Assembly: GCF_009914755.1 (NCBI RefSeq)
Contig: NC_060930.1
Strand: one strand, 5' to 3'
Source: the human T2T-CHM13v2.0 reference genome, Homo sapiens
Length of the DNA stretch: 64,000 bases
Below, piece after piece: positions 24,564-58,172 of this stretch; position 1 is the stretch's first letter, and each line of letters starts with the position of its first letter. The notes under the pieces were generated by a model. That model saw only the letters and a program-made list of their open reading frames with translations. It was not told where the DNA came from and ran no database searches. The translations under genes and the position numbers were made by a program.

Positions 24564-25353
24564 TTATGTAAGAGAACTGCAGGGGATATTTCCACTCCCA
24601 GGCTCAAAGGGGTGAGGGGAGAGAGAGGTTACAGCAGTGGTTCTTAGTTATTTTGTGCCACAGATCCCTTTGGCATTCTAGTAAAGCATAAAATTTAAAA
24701 AATATACATACAAAAACAAATCGGCCAGGCGCAGTGGCTCACGCCTGTAATCCCAACACTTTGGGAGGCCGAGGCAGGTGGATCACCCGAGGTCAGGAGT
24801 TCGAGAGCAGCCTGGCCAACATGACAAAACCCTGTCTCTACTAAAAACAAAAAATTAGCTAGGCATGGTGGTCGGCGCCTGTAATCTTAACTACCTGGGA
24901 GGCTGAGGCAGGAGAATTGCTGGAACCGGGAGGCGGAGGTTGCAGTGAGCCGAGATCACGCCATTGCACTCCAGTCTGGGTGACAGAGCAAGACTCCGTC
25001 TCAAAAAAAAAAAATTGCATCGAAATCAAATTCCAGTTATCAAAATATTAATAAAAACTTTCAATAGAGTAAATTGAAACTGTCCCAAGATTGACAAGAA
25101 TTGCATGCTGGGATCTGGGCAGAAATATAGTTATAATTAAGCATAAACCAGGCTGCACTTTGGCTCACTGCTCTATTCCTGCAAGTCTCCAGATCCTGAC
25201 CATCTGCATCCCCGTTGTGCTAACATTAGGATGAGAATGTCTCTATATTATGATCCATTGTCTCTATATTTAAAAAAAAAAAAAAAAAGAAGCCAGGCAC
25301 GGTGACTTACGCCTGTAATCCTGACACTTTGGGAGGCTGAGGAGGGCGGATCA

Positions 25354-25606
<253 letters not shown>

Positions 25607-25787
25607 CCAGCACTGTGGCTCACGCCTGTAATCCCAGCACTTTGGGAGGCCAAGGTGGGCAGATCACGAGGTCAAGAGTTTGAGACCAGCCTGGGCAACA
25701 TAGTGAAACCCCATCTCTACTAAAAATACAAAAAAATAATGGCATGAACCCAGGAAGTGGAGCTTGCAGTAAGCTGAGATCCTGTCA

Positions 25788-26015
<228 letters not shown>

Positions 26016-26095
26016 TCACCATGGCTGGGTGCAGTGGCTCATGTCTGTAATCCCAGCACTTTAGGAGGGCAAGGCAGGTGGATCACCTGAGGTCA

Positions 26096-26386
<291 letters not shown>

Positions 26387-26519
26387 TCACTTGAGCCTGG
26401 AGGTTGAGGCTGCAGTGAGCCATGACCATGCCACTGCACTCCAGGCTGGGCAACAGAACAAGACGCTGACTCAAAAGGAAGAAAAGAAAGAGAAGAAAAG
26501 TCTATCTGGGTATGATGAT

Positions 26520-27014
<495 letters not shown>

Positions 27015-27452
27015 TAGTAGAAACGGGGTTTCTCCATGTTTGTCGGGCTGATCTCAAACTCCTGACCTCAGGTGATCTGCCTGCCTCGGCCTCCCAAAGT
27101 GCTGGGATTACAGGAGTGAGCCACCGCGCCAGGCCTAGTCTTCATTTTTGTCCCACAGTCAGAGCAGCTGTCATTCTCTCTATCCCAGGCAGTTTTTCTG
27201 AGCATCTAAGCACTGTCTCACCCCAGTAGTCTGTCAAGCCATTCTCAATGGAAAGACCAGTCTGGGAGGCAGTCTCACTCAGAATAAAAGCCAGAGTCTT
27301 TACAAGGCCCTACCCAAGCTGACCTCCTCCTCACCTGGCTTCAGCAGCACAGGCCTCCCTGCTACTCCATGAACACTCCAGATATCCACACTGCTCTCAC
27401 ATCAGGGCCTTTGAACTTGCTGTTCCCTCCACCTGAAATGTTCTTCTCCCAT

Positions 27453-29492
<2,040 letters not shown>

Positions 29493-29588
29493 TTGGCCAG
29501 GCGCAGTGGCTCACGCCTGTAATCCCAGCACTTTGGGAGGCCGAGGCGGGCCGATCATGAGGTCAGGAGATTGAGACCATCCTGGCTA

Positions 29589-29843
<255 letters not shown>

Positions 29844-30136
29844 TTAGTCCTGGACTATAATGATGATGATAAATATACCTCGATGTAACCCTGAGATCCC
29901 AAGATTCACTAGCCCTTGAATAAAAAAAAGGAAAAAGAAAAAAACAGTATATTTTTTCGTTTTGCAAATCACAGTTCCCTTATTAAGATGGAATTGCTGC
30001 CAATTACAGAGAAGCTATTTGCCTAAGCCAAAAATCCATGAGGTTCACATGGACTTACAGTTACACAAATTAGAAACAAATGTTATATTTAAAACCATAG
30101 AGAAATGCCCAGGTGATGAAAGCTGGGGTGAAGGAT

Positions 30137-30410
30137 TCATTTCAAACTGTTAAAGGATTTGTGGGCCATGCAATGGTCCCTTGCATTAGAGAAGTCAAAG
30201 AGCTTTGTGCAATCCTCTCCTGTCTGTGATCTGGAAGACACGTGCTCATCACAGAGCTCCAGCTGCTCCGAGACTTTACTCCTTTCTTCAGCTGCACGCA
30301 CTGCTCTCTCGCTTTTGTTAGGAATTGACTAATTCCTCCTCTTCCTCTTCCTCCTCCTCCTTGCCATCTCTAGGCCCAGTCAGCATCTCTTGTTCATCCT
30401 CTGATCCCAT
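30137..30410 (-). pseudogene. UQCRHP1: Processed pseudogene of ubiquinol-cytochrome c reductase hinge protein
   Basis: Intronless: MGSEDEQEMLTGPRDGK(E)9LVN, frameshift, [18 protein letters not shown], frameshift, [42 protein letters not shown], clearly similar to UQCRH. Likely UTR remnants run to ~30460 and an A-rich tail lies at ~29950-29963. Confidence 0.93.
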
Positions 30411-30513
30411 GTCCAGCTATGGTTCTGGATTCAACACTAGCAGCAACAGTGGCGCTGACTCCACTTTAGGATCAATAAATATTTTTCTGGCTAGGCGCAG
30501 TGGCTCACATCTA

Positions 30514-30812
<299 letters not shown>

Positions 30813-31216
30813 TTACATGGTCCCTCAACTCCCCAAGCCCACTCTGCCTGCCCCATCTCCTCCTTCCACATCCTCTCCTCAACCTAGCACTTGGTTGGCA
30901 ATGCCTTCCTCGATCCTCTGCCAAAGACCCTCTAGCCAGTGCTTACCCTGTCTGTTCTCTCTCTTTACCCAAAGAAATACATAAAGTTTGACCAGAATGG
31001 AAACAGAGATATCAGTGAAAAAAGGTGATTTGGGGAAGTGTGCAGGCCTAGGAAGACAGAGGCTTGTTCCTTTGCTTGCTTAAAATCTTTGATCAAACGG
31101 CCAGGCGTGGTGGCTCACACCTGTAATCCCAGCACTTTGGGAGGGCGAGGTGGGCGAATCATGAGATCAGGAGTTCAAGACCAGCCTGGCCAACATAGTA
31201 AAACCCCGTCTCACTA

Positions 31217-31636
<420 letters not shown>

Positions 31637-31721
31637 TAAAACTGGGGACAAGTCAGGCTCACACCTGTAATCCCAGCACTTTGGGAGGCCAAGGTGGGAG
31701 GATCACAAGGTTAGGAGTTCA

Positions 31722-32588
<867 letters not shown>

Positions 32589-32913
32589 TGATTACAGGCG
32601 TGAGCCACTGCGCCTGGCCACCTAGCACCTTTAATATACTTATTTATTTGTATTGTCTGCCTTCCCCAATTAGATCAACCATGAAGACAAGAGTTTTCAT
32701 TTGTTGGGTTCTCTGGGCCTAGAGGCATGTCTGGCATATAGTAAGCATTCAGTAAATATCTGTTGAGTGAACGTATGAATAAAGAAGTGAGTTCCTCCCA
32801 GCAGGCACTGAGAACATTGGGAGTACAGGGTTGCAGCTCTCTCTGCAGCAGGAGAATGTAGCTGCAATAAAGGGAAGTCAAGAAGCCAGAGTCCAGCCAG
32901 GTGCAGTGGCTCA

Positions 32914-33240
<327 letters not shown>

Positions 33241-34199
33241 TCAGGGAGAGGGCAGTGAGAAGTGAAAACTCCCAGCTACAGAAAAGGAAATATGTTGGGG
33301 GGAAGGGAGAAGGAAAGGTGTCTTCATCAATGCCGGGGCAGGGTAGATGGAGCCCTGGGCAGGGAGTTTGGACCAGGAAATCTCAATGAGGGAAATGTGC
33401 TGTCCTCACCTCTCCAAGAAGCGACTGGCCAAACAGAGTGACAGAGGGGATAAAGGTTATGCCTAGGGAGGCATGTGTCAGAGGCTATCATCCACTCTGT
33501 TGAACCCACAGTGACCAGCACCACCATCACACAAACATGCCTGCATGTGTGCACGCACGCGCAGTGTGCAAACCTGATGTCAGCCTCACTCCCTGGCTCT
33601 TCTGTCCACAAACGCTGTTTCTTTAAGTACCACTTTCAGTTCCTCCAAAGAATCTACTTAAACTCTTAAATTCCTGATCTCTATAGATTTTACTAAAGAT
33701 TTCAAAGGAGATAAGATGAGAGGGTTACGTTGCACATTCTAAAGCAAACAAATTAAAATGTTTTGTTAGACATTTCCATATTTTTAAGGGCCTCCTTGGA
33801 GCTGCCAGGCTGGGAGTGAGGTTTCTCTCCCTTTCTAAACCCTGTGCCCATCTTGTCACCCTCCTGGAGCTGCCAGCAGACTTCAGATTCTTCTCCGATC
33901 TACAGAGCAGAAAAATTCAGCCAGCCCTTCCTTGTCTTCCTATCCACAGCTGCCTGCCCAGACTCATGAAACCTGACAAAATGCAAGGTCTTATCATTAC
34001 CTGAACCTTGGACCTGTTCAAAAATACTAGTTCCTGAGAATAAATATCCCTGGTGTCTTCCTGCCCTTCCTGCACACCTCCAGTGGCTTATCAAAATATT
34101 TGTTTCATGCGCACACTGGGCTCTCATTTAAGAGGAATTTGGGAGAATGTTATTTTCTAATCTGCATTTCACACCAGGCTCCCCCTCCTTCCTGGGGTG

Positions 34200-34379
34200 C
34201 TAGTGTCAGCAGAACCTGATGGGGAAGTGAGGTCTGGGAGGCAGAGGAGGAAGGAATGAGGGGAAAGGGGAAGTTTGGGAGGAAGGCTTCTGAGAAGACT
34301 GGTGGGAGAGAAGGAGAGCCTGCAGACAGAGGCCTCCAGCTTGGTCTGTCTCCCCACCTCTACCAGCATCTGCTGAGCT
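34200..34379 (+). promoter_or_regulatory. AIF1 TATA-less purine-rich myeloid promoter/5' UTR with PU.1 sites
   Basis: GGGGAAGTG at 34221-34229 and GGGGAAGT at ~34267, in a GA-rich stretch before the ATG. Confidence 0.65.
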
Positions 34380-35950
34380 ATGAGCCAAACCAGGGATTTA
34401 CAGGGTAGGGAGGGTGGGATAGGCAGCAGCATTAGATCGGAGGAATGAGATGGACAGACCTGGGCTGTGGGCTAGGAGGGCAGTCAGCTGGCCTAGGGTA
34501 GCCCGGGCTGGTGTCAGGGTAAGGAGAGGAAGGGAGGGATGAGGGCTGATTAATTTTTTTCACCCCACAGGAGGAAAAGCTTTCGGACTGCTGAAGGCCC
34601 AGCAGGAAGAGAGGCTGGATGAGATCAACAAGGTAGAAGGAAGAACTAAGGGGGCAGAGCCAGGGGGATGGGGCGTGGATGGGGAGGGCCTACCCTGGCT
34701 CTTATTTTCCCCTCCATAGCAATTCCTAGACGATCCCAAATATAGCAGTGATGAGGATCTGCCCTCCAAACTGGAAGGCTTCAAAGGTGAGGGGGAAACT
34801 GTAGGCGGTGGAGACAGGGCTGGGGGTAGGAGGGTTAGGATTTCCACAAGAACAAGGCAGGAACAGCAGAGATAAAAAGTTTACTTTTGTGGTAGCAAAA
34901 GGGGAACCTGCCTTTATTGCCCTCCTGCCACACTGCGGTCCCTTTCCCGGGCCTGCCTCTCTCAGCATCCCCTCTAGCTCCTTACACCCTAGCGGGGCCC
35001 CTCAACTCCCCAACCCCACTTCCTCTGCCTGCCCCTCCTCCTCCTTCCACGTTGTCTCCTCCACCTAGCAGTTGGTTGGCAACCCCTTCCTCAGTCCCCG
35101 GCTGAAAACCCTCCAGTCAGCGCTTATCCCTTCTGCTCTCTCCCCTCACCCAGAGAAATACATGGAGTTTGACCTTAATGGAAATGGCGATATTGGTGAG
35201 AAACGGGTGATTTGCGGGGGCAGGGTGGTGTGCAGGCCTAAGAAGACAGAGGTCTCTCCTACATGCTCCATTCCTCATGATTTGGGAGGGGGCCCACCTA
35301 CCACAGTGGGAGGAAGGAGAATGGGGATGCGGAAGTGGGAGAGGAGAGAGAGGGTCTCCCCACCTTCTCCCCATCCCCATCCTCTGCCCCCAGATATCAT
35401 GTCCCTGAAACGAATGCTGGAGAAACTTGGAGTCCCCAAGACTCACCTAGAGCTAAAGAAATTAATTGGAGAGGTGTCCAGTGGCTCCGGGGAGACGTTC
35501 AGCTACCCTGACTTTCTCAGGATGATGCTGGGCAAGAGATCTGCCATCCTAAAAATGTGAGTGTCAATTTCCAACCTCCCCTGTACTTACCTGTTTTCTC
35601 CTCCCCCATCCCTACCCTTGTCCACAGGCTCAACATTTCTACACGTTGCCCATCATCCCTTCTTCCATCCTTAGAGGGACCCTTCCAAGGTCCCGACCCC
35701 ATCCCTATCCATAGTCCTGGTCCCCAGAAACTCCAACCCCTGCCCTTCCTCTTCCCCCTTCCACCCTCACATCCCCATCCCCTTCTAGCCTTTCCTAGCA
35801 CCCTATGATTTATTCCCTTGAGAGGAGTGTTCCCTGATCCCTGTGCCTCTTCCCATCTCAACCAGGATCCTGATGTATGAGGAAAAAGCGAGAGAAAAGG
35901 AAAAGCCAACAGGCCCCCCAGCCAAGAAAGCTATCTCTGAGTTGCCCTGA
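34380..35950 (+). CDS. AIF1: Allograft inflammatory factor 1 (IBA1), EF-hand actin-bundling protein, 147 aa
   Basis: Exons 34380-34404, 34571-34632, 34720-34786, 35154-35195 (EF loop DLNGNGDID), 35394-35556, 35866-35950. Total 444 nt; [13 protein letters not shown]…[11 protein letters not shown]. Confidence 0.99.
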
Positions 35951-36040
35951 TTTGAAGGGAAAAGGGATGATGGGATTGAAGGGGCTTCTAATGACCCAGA
36001 TATGGAAACAGAAGACAAAATTGTAAGCCAGAGTCAACAA

Positions 36041-36050
36041 ATTAAATAAA
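36041..36050 (+). terminator. AIF1 polyadenylation signal (overlapping ATTAAA/AATAAA)
   Basis: ATTAAATAAA ~90 nt after the stop, followed by a T/GT-rich downstream element. Confidence 0.85.
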
Positions 36051-36489
36051 TTACCCCCTCCTCCAGATCAAGTCAGCTTAGTTTTTATTTGGGTGATTTT
36101 TTTCCTGGGTTTGGGAAGGAGAGACAGGTCTTGAGGGAAAGGTGGCAAGGATTTGGCCATATGAACAATCCATCAACAACGCTATAGTGTGTCCACTACA
36201 GCAGATGGTTTCACGCACCAAGGGGGATTCCAGCTGTGTAAGACAGCCTTAACCTCAAAGAATGCAGGCAGGACAAAAACACATGTCCAAACAAGGTACT
36301 CAGGCCCATGACAGATTTCATGAAGAGCAAGGAATACCATGAACCAACATTCTCCATCACTATAAGCTTTGTCACTTTGACAAATCACTCAGCCTCTGTG
36401 AGGCTTTTTTCTAAAAATGGGGATAAAGTGACCTATGCTATTGTGCCTGACATATCATAAGCCCTCAATAATGTTTAAAACTTGAATGA

Positions 36490-38700
<2,211 letters not shown>

Positions 38701-38949
38701 TTATTTCTCTACTTCTATAATATCCTGTGCATTATCTCCAGCGCCTTCAAATCATAGTCATTGAATGATCTGTTGAATGGGTATAACTCTGATGGGAGCA
38801 GAGAGTTCTAGAATCGGGTAGTAAGAGACAAACGAGGGTAACAGTACTGCATTTCACAAAATGAAACCCATTGTTAAGAAATTACAAATTCCCAATAATT
38901 TCAAATATAAAAATTTATTCATGAAAATTATAGGTTATAAAATTAAATG

Positions 38950-40400
38950 TCCGTCTTAGTCGATGGTTGCCCATATTTTGATGAACGAGTCATTCCTAGC
39001 CTATCTTTGTTCAAATGATTTGCATACATTATGCAAATAGGTAGAACTGCCCGAAGAATGCCTACGCTGCGTGGTGCGGACGAAACGCTTCCCGGGGCCT
39101 TTGGATTGGTCTGTCTAGCCACCTCATTTGCATGACGTAATTTAATAACTGGAAGGCCCCGCCCCTCTGGTGCATTTCCCCGCTCCAACCACCTCCTCAA
39201 ACTCACGGCAAAGGGATGCGAGAGCTGGAACTCTTACCAGGCCTGCGGAAACTCAGCCCTCCGGCAGCTAATCCCGCCCGCCAGCCCCCGTCCTCTCTTT
39301 CTCCCTAGCTGAAGGCGCCACGGGCCGTGTGTCGTTGCCTTCCACTTTTGGCGTCCCAACGTCTCTCCGCTCCCATCTTTCTACTAACGTCCGACGCACG
39401 CTCCGCCTCTTTCTCCCACATTCGTCGTGTAAATTCTGCGTCCCAACCGCCCAGCCGACCTGCACCGCATTCCCGCCCCCTCAACACGGCTCAACGGCCG
39501 ACGCTGGGGGCCCGCCTCCTTAGCCAATCGGGGTCCTAGTGCCCTTAAGTCCCTCCTCTTTATGCAAATAACCTCCGCATGCTCCGCGCGCCCGGCCCTT
39601 TTTTTTTTTTTTTTAAACTAAAGACAGCCCTGGAAGTAGAGGGTTAGGGTATAAAGTGCCCCGCCCTTTATGCAAATTAAGGGGCGTGTCTAGGCGCGGA
39701 GGGAGGTGGGAGGTGGGAGGGGGTGCTCCCGGGGGCGGCGGTTGCCCGGATGGGCCGTTAGTCGGGGCTCAGCCGCGGAGTGAGCGAGGGAGACGGGAGG
39801 AGCCGAACCCGGCGCCATCCGCCGCCATCCTCCCCCGCCCCACCGCCATCCCGTCCCGGGGAGCCCCTAGGCCCGGGTCCCGGATCCCCGCGCACCCGGC
39901 CAGGTGAGTCTGGGTGAACCGTGCGCTGACGCCCTTTTCCGGCGCGGGAGAGGTGGTGGCGGTGGCGGTGGCGGTGGCGGCGGCGGCGGCGGTGGTGGGC
40001 CGGGGGGAGGAGAAGCTGCCATTAGCCGCCGCCATTTTGTCCTCCTGCTGCCGGGCCTGCTTGCCCCTCCCCCTCCGGTACCTCTACTCCGGGACCCGCA
40101 CCTCCGGCAGTTCATTCAGGATCCGTAGTCTGCCCCTAACCACCCACCGTCTTGGCTTCAGGGGGTGACCCCTGCGCCTGGGTCCGTAACTCCCTACCCT
40201 CCGCTGCGCTCCTGGCTTTTCACCCCCATTTGTGGGCCCCCTCCCCGGCTGCCGCCCCGTGGTGGGCCGCGCCCGACGGTTCTCTCGGAAGGGCGCTTTT
40301 CCTCCATATTGGACCCCCTCCTATCATCCAGCGCTGTGTTCCCCCCTCTGGACGCCCCTCTTCGTGTCGAGCCACTCCCACTCTAGAATCCTGCTTTTAT
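38950..40400 (+). promoter_or_regulatory. PRRC2A CpG-island promoter and non-coding exon 1 (donor at 39903)
   Basis: CpG-dense; CCAAT boxes (~39105 reverse, 39525); GC boxes; five octamer motifs; YY1 consensus CCGCCATTTT at 40029-40038; donor CAG|GTGAGT at 39903/39904. Confidence 0.9.
39952..39996 (+). repeat. (GGY)15 trinucleotide repeat in PRRC2A intron 1
   Basis: GGT GGT GGC GGT GGC GGT GGC GGT (GGC)5 GGT GGT. Confidence 0.95.
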
Positions 40401-41825
40401 CCCAGCATCTTTGCTTTCTATGTTGCTCAGTCGCCCTATGTCTGCTTTTTCATTTTTCCTGTTCCTCGTCTCCTTTCTCCCCCAACCCCGTTTTTCTTCT
40501 TGGGCCTCTGCCCCCTTACTTCGTTGTCTACATCCTTTTTTTTTTTGCCATTCCTGTTTCCATATATTTTCCACCTGCTTTCGTATTCATTATTTTCTGT
40601 TAGTTTTGGTCTATTCGCTACATGACTCTTGTATTCGTTTTCCCTTCATATATTTATCTTCACAGATTGGCCTCCTCAAACACCTACGAAGCAACATCCA
40701 TCTTATCTCTAGCTTGTCATAAAGTTCTTTCTCCCCAATTTTAGCTTTCATTCTGGGCCTGTCTGGATTTCCCTGCTTTCTTCCCCACTATTTCTCATCT
40801 CTTTACACTGTTCCCGTCCATAAACGAATGCCTGGTCACTCTGGAATGGACTGAGAGACCTGTCGTCCGGCTTGCTTAGGGAGCTGGAGGTATCGAGTAA
40901 AGAAACACTGGTGATGGACATTTTTAATGAGGATAGGAAAACGAAGGTGGCTCTGGCCTTGGCCCTCTGTTTTCTGGCCCATGGTTACAGGGTGCTAAGG
41001 TGGCTCCATAATGCTTTTTCTCAGTTCTTCATATGGTAAAACAGTATTTCATCTGGAGGCGATTTTTTCCAGGAGCCAATACAGGAGCAAGTTTAGGAAA
41101 AGATGGGATATTTCAAATACTTGAGGTTCCTATAGCCTGGGAGTATGTACAGCCCTAGTTGTTCTATGAGGATTTCTCTGGTACCAACCCCCATTCCGGC
41201 TGAGCAAGCTCATAAAATCCTTAAACTCCCAGCATACCTTCCTGCAAACCTTCCCAGATGGACACGAGGCTGCTGGGCTGGGAGCCTGGGGTACAGGGCC
41301 CTGGGGGCATGATTAGGGAGCTTGTGTCCAATAAACAGGGAATCTAAAGTGTTGTTTCTTCTTCTCTGATGGAATTGTATGCTTCTTTTTTAGTTTTCTC
41401 TTGCTTGAATTTGTCCTGTTGTAAGTCTCTGAAACGATTTTGGTGGAGAGAGAAGAGATTATTACTTGTAGGGAATTACTCTTTGTAGACAGGCACAAAG
41501 GGCAGAGTGTTTATACTAGGAGGATGCTGGATTTTTACTTAGATTTCCTTGACAAAGGTGTCTGGGGGAAAGGAGGGAACATGGCATTTGAGCTATGAGG
41601 GAGCTAAGTAGATCATGGTTGCTTAAGAAGAGTGGGCAGTTTACATAGACTGGAGGAAAAGACACCAGAGGGCCTCATATCTGAGTCCCTAATGATAATG
41701 CAATGGAGTTTTTAAGTTTCTGTTATGGTCTGTACAGGGGACAGAGACTGAGACACTTGCTGTCTGGCCCACAGGCTCTGGCACGTTTTGGGGGAGGTGC
41801 CTGCAGGACCCAACATACTCAATGA

Positions 41826-56629
<14,804 letters not shown>

Positions 56630-56790
56630 GGGAGTTCCTCTTGCCCCCTACCCCCGGGGCTTGTATATAGATTATAAATATATAAGGGGGAAAGGGGTGG
56701 GCGGGGAGGGGTTGTGGGGCTGGGGCCTCACTTCCCCTCCTCCCCCTTCCCCTGGTCCCCTGTCCCTGGGGCTGTTTGTTAAAAAAGAGT

Positions 56791-56796
56791 AATAAA
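56791..56796 (+). terminator. PRRC2A polyadenylation signal
   Basis: AATAAA ~160 nt after the stop, with GT-rich sequence downstream. Confidence 0.85.
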
Positions 56797-56899
56797 AGGA
56801 TTTAAAAAAAAAAACTTCTACAATGATTTGGGGGATGAGTTGTTTGCATTGTCTTAAAGCATGGTGCTGAGTGATCTGTAGTTTCAGTCAGGGAAATAT

Positions 56900-57340
56900 T
56901 CATTACTTATTCCAGTGAGCTGTTGAAACTAAAAACATGACCATCGTATTGGATCTTTAAATTTTTGTGAGTCTGGAATTTGGGCTGAGCTCAGCTGGAT
57001 AAATCTGCTTTTTTGTGCCAGTGAGCGAGGTCAACTGGTTATCAGTCTGCAGCTGACACCTGGGCTGGTCCCAATATGGCTTCCTTTGCATATCTAGGGC
57101 CTTGGTGGGACATCTGTAACATTACTGGGTTATCAACCAGTGTCTTCACATGGACTCTCCAGCAGGCCTGTTAAATGTCCGTGAGCTCATGTTCCAAGAG
57201 GTCTAGCTGGAATTTTCTAAGCTTATGCCATGCTTAGTTGATAGAGCACTAAACTAGCCAAGGTAGGGGATGGGGGGGTTTAGAAGGGACTTCAACTGCA
57301 TCTCAAAGGGACTAGCAAAGAATTTGCAGCCATGGGACTT
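56900..57340. mobile_element. Degenerate MaLR (MLT1-like) LTR remnant
   Basis: TTTGTGAGTCTGGAATTTGGGCTGAGCTCAGCTGG…ATGGCTTC…CATATCT resembles old MLT1 LTRs; from memory only. Confidence 0.45.
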
Positions 57341-57643
57341 CAGTTCTTTATGATGAACTAAGGGGAAATCTCTGTTAAGGCCTCAATGTTGGAGCACACT
57401 TAAGGGGCTCTTTGAATTGGATAGACCAATTCCAGCATTGTCAAACTAAGTGGGATTTCACATGGTAACGCTGCATGCTAGTTATGCTAAAGACTATACT
57501 TAGGTCTGCAGCTGCTCAGAAACTTTTTTTGATGGGTAATTTGAGAGCTCTATGCTAGTGTGCACCTGGAATATGCTCCCAACTCAAAATACAGGTTTTT
57601 TATTTATATATAAAGTGCTTTCGCACAAAAAATACAAACACCA

Positions 57644-57950
57644 GGCTGGGCGCGGTAGCCCACGCCTGTAATTCCAGCACTTTGGGAGGCCAAGGCGGGT
57701 GGATCACAAGGTCAGGAGTTCGAGACCAGCCTGGCCAATATGGTGAAACCCTGTCTCTACTAAAAATACAAAAATTAGCCGGGCGTGGTGGCGGACGCCT
57801 GTAGTCCCAGCTACTCAGGAGGCTGAGGCATGAGTGAGAATCACTTGAACCCGGGAGGTGGAGGTTGTAGTGAGCCGAGCTCGAGATCGGGCCACTGCAC
57901 TCCAGCCTGGGAGACAGCAATACTCTGTCTCAAAAAAAAAAAAAAACAAA
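57644..57950 (+). mobile_element. Alu between the PRRC2A and BAG6 3' ends
   Basis: Full Alu with A-tail and a flanking ACAAACA(C/T)CA TSD-like repeat. Confidence 0.93.
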
Positions 57951-58099
57951 CATCAAAACTGGCTTGTACAATTTAGCGTGCTGAGTAGAACACAACAGTG
58001 TTCCAAGGAAGTATTAATTTAAAAAAGTTCACACAAGATTAAGGGACACACTACCTAATGGAGACAATGTAGAGAGAAAGCAGCCAGAAAAATCCGACT

Positions 58100-58105
58100 T
58101 TTATT
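58100..58105 (-). terminator. BAG6 polyadenylation signal
   Basis: AATAAA on minus ~70 nt after the TAG stop. Confidence 0.85.
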
Positions 58106-58172
58106 TCTTAAATACTGTGAAGGAAGAGGGGGGAAACGGTCCCCTGATGAGGAAGGGCCATAGAGCAAAGAG

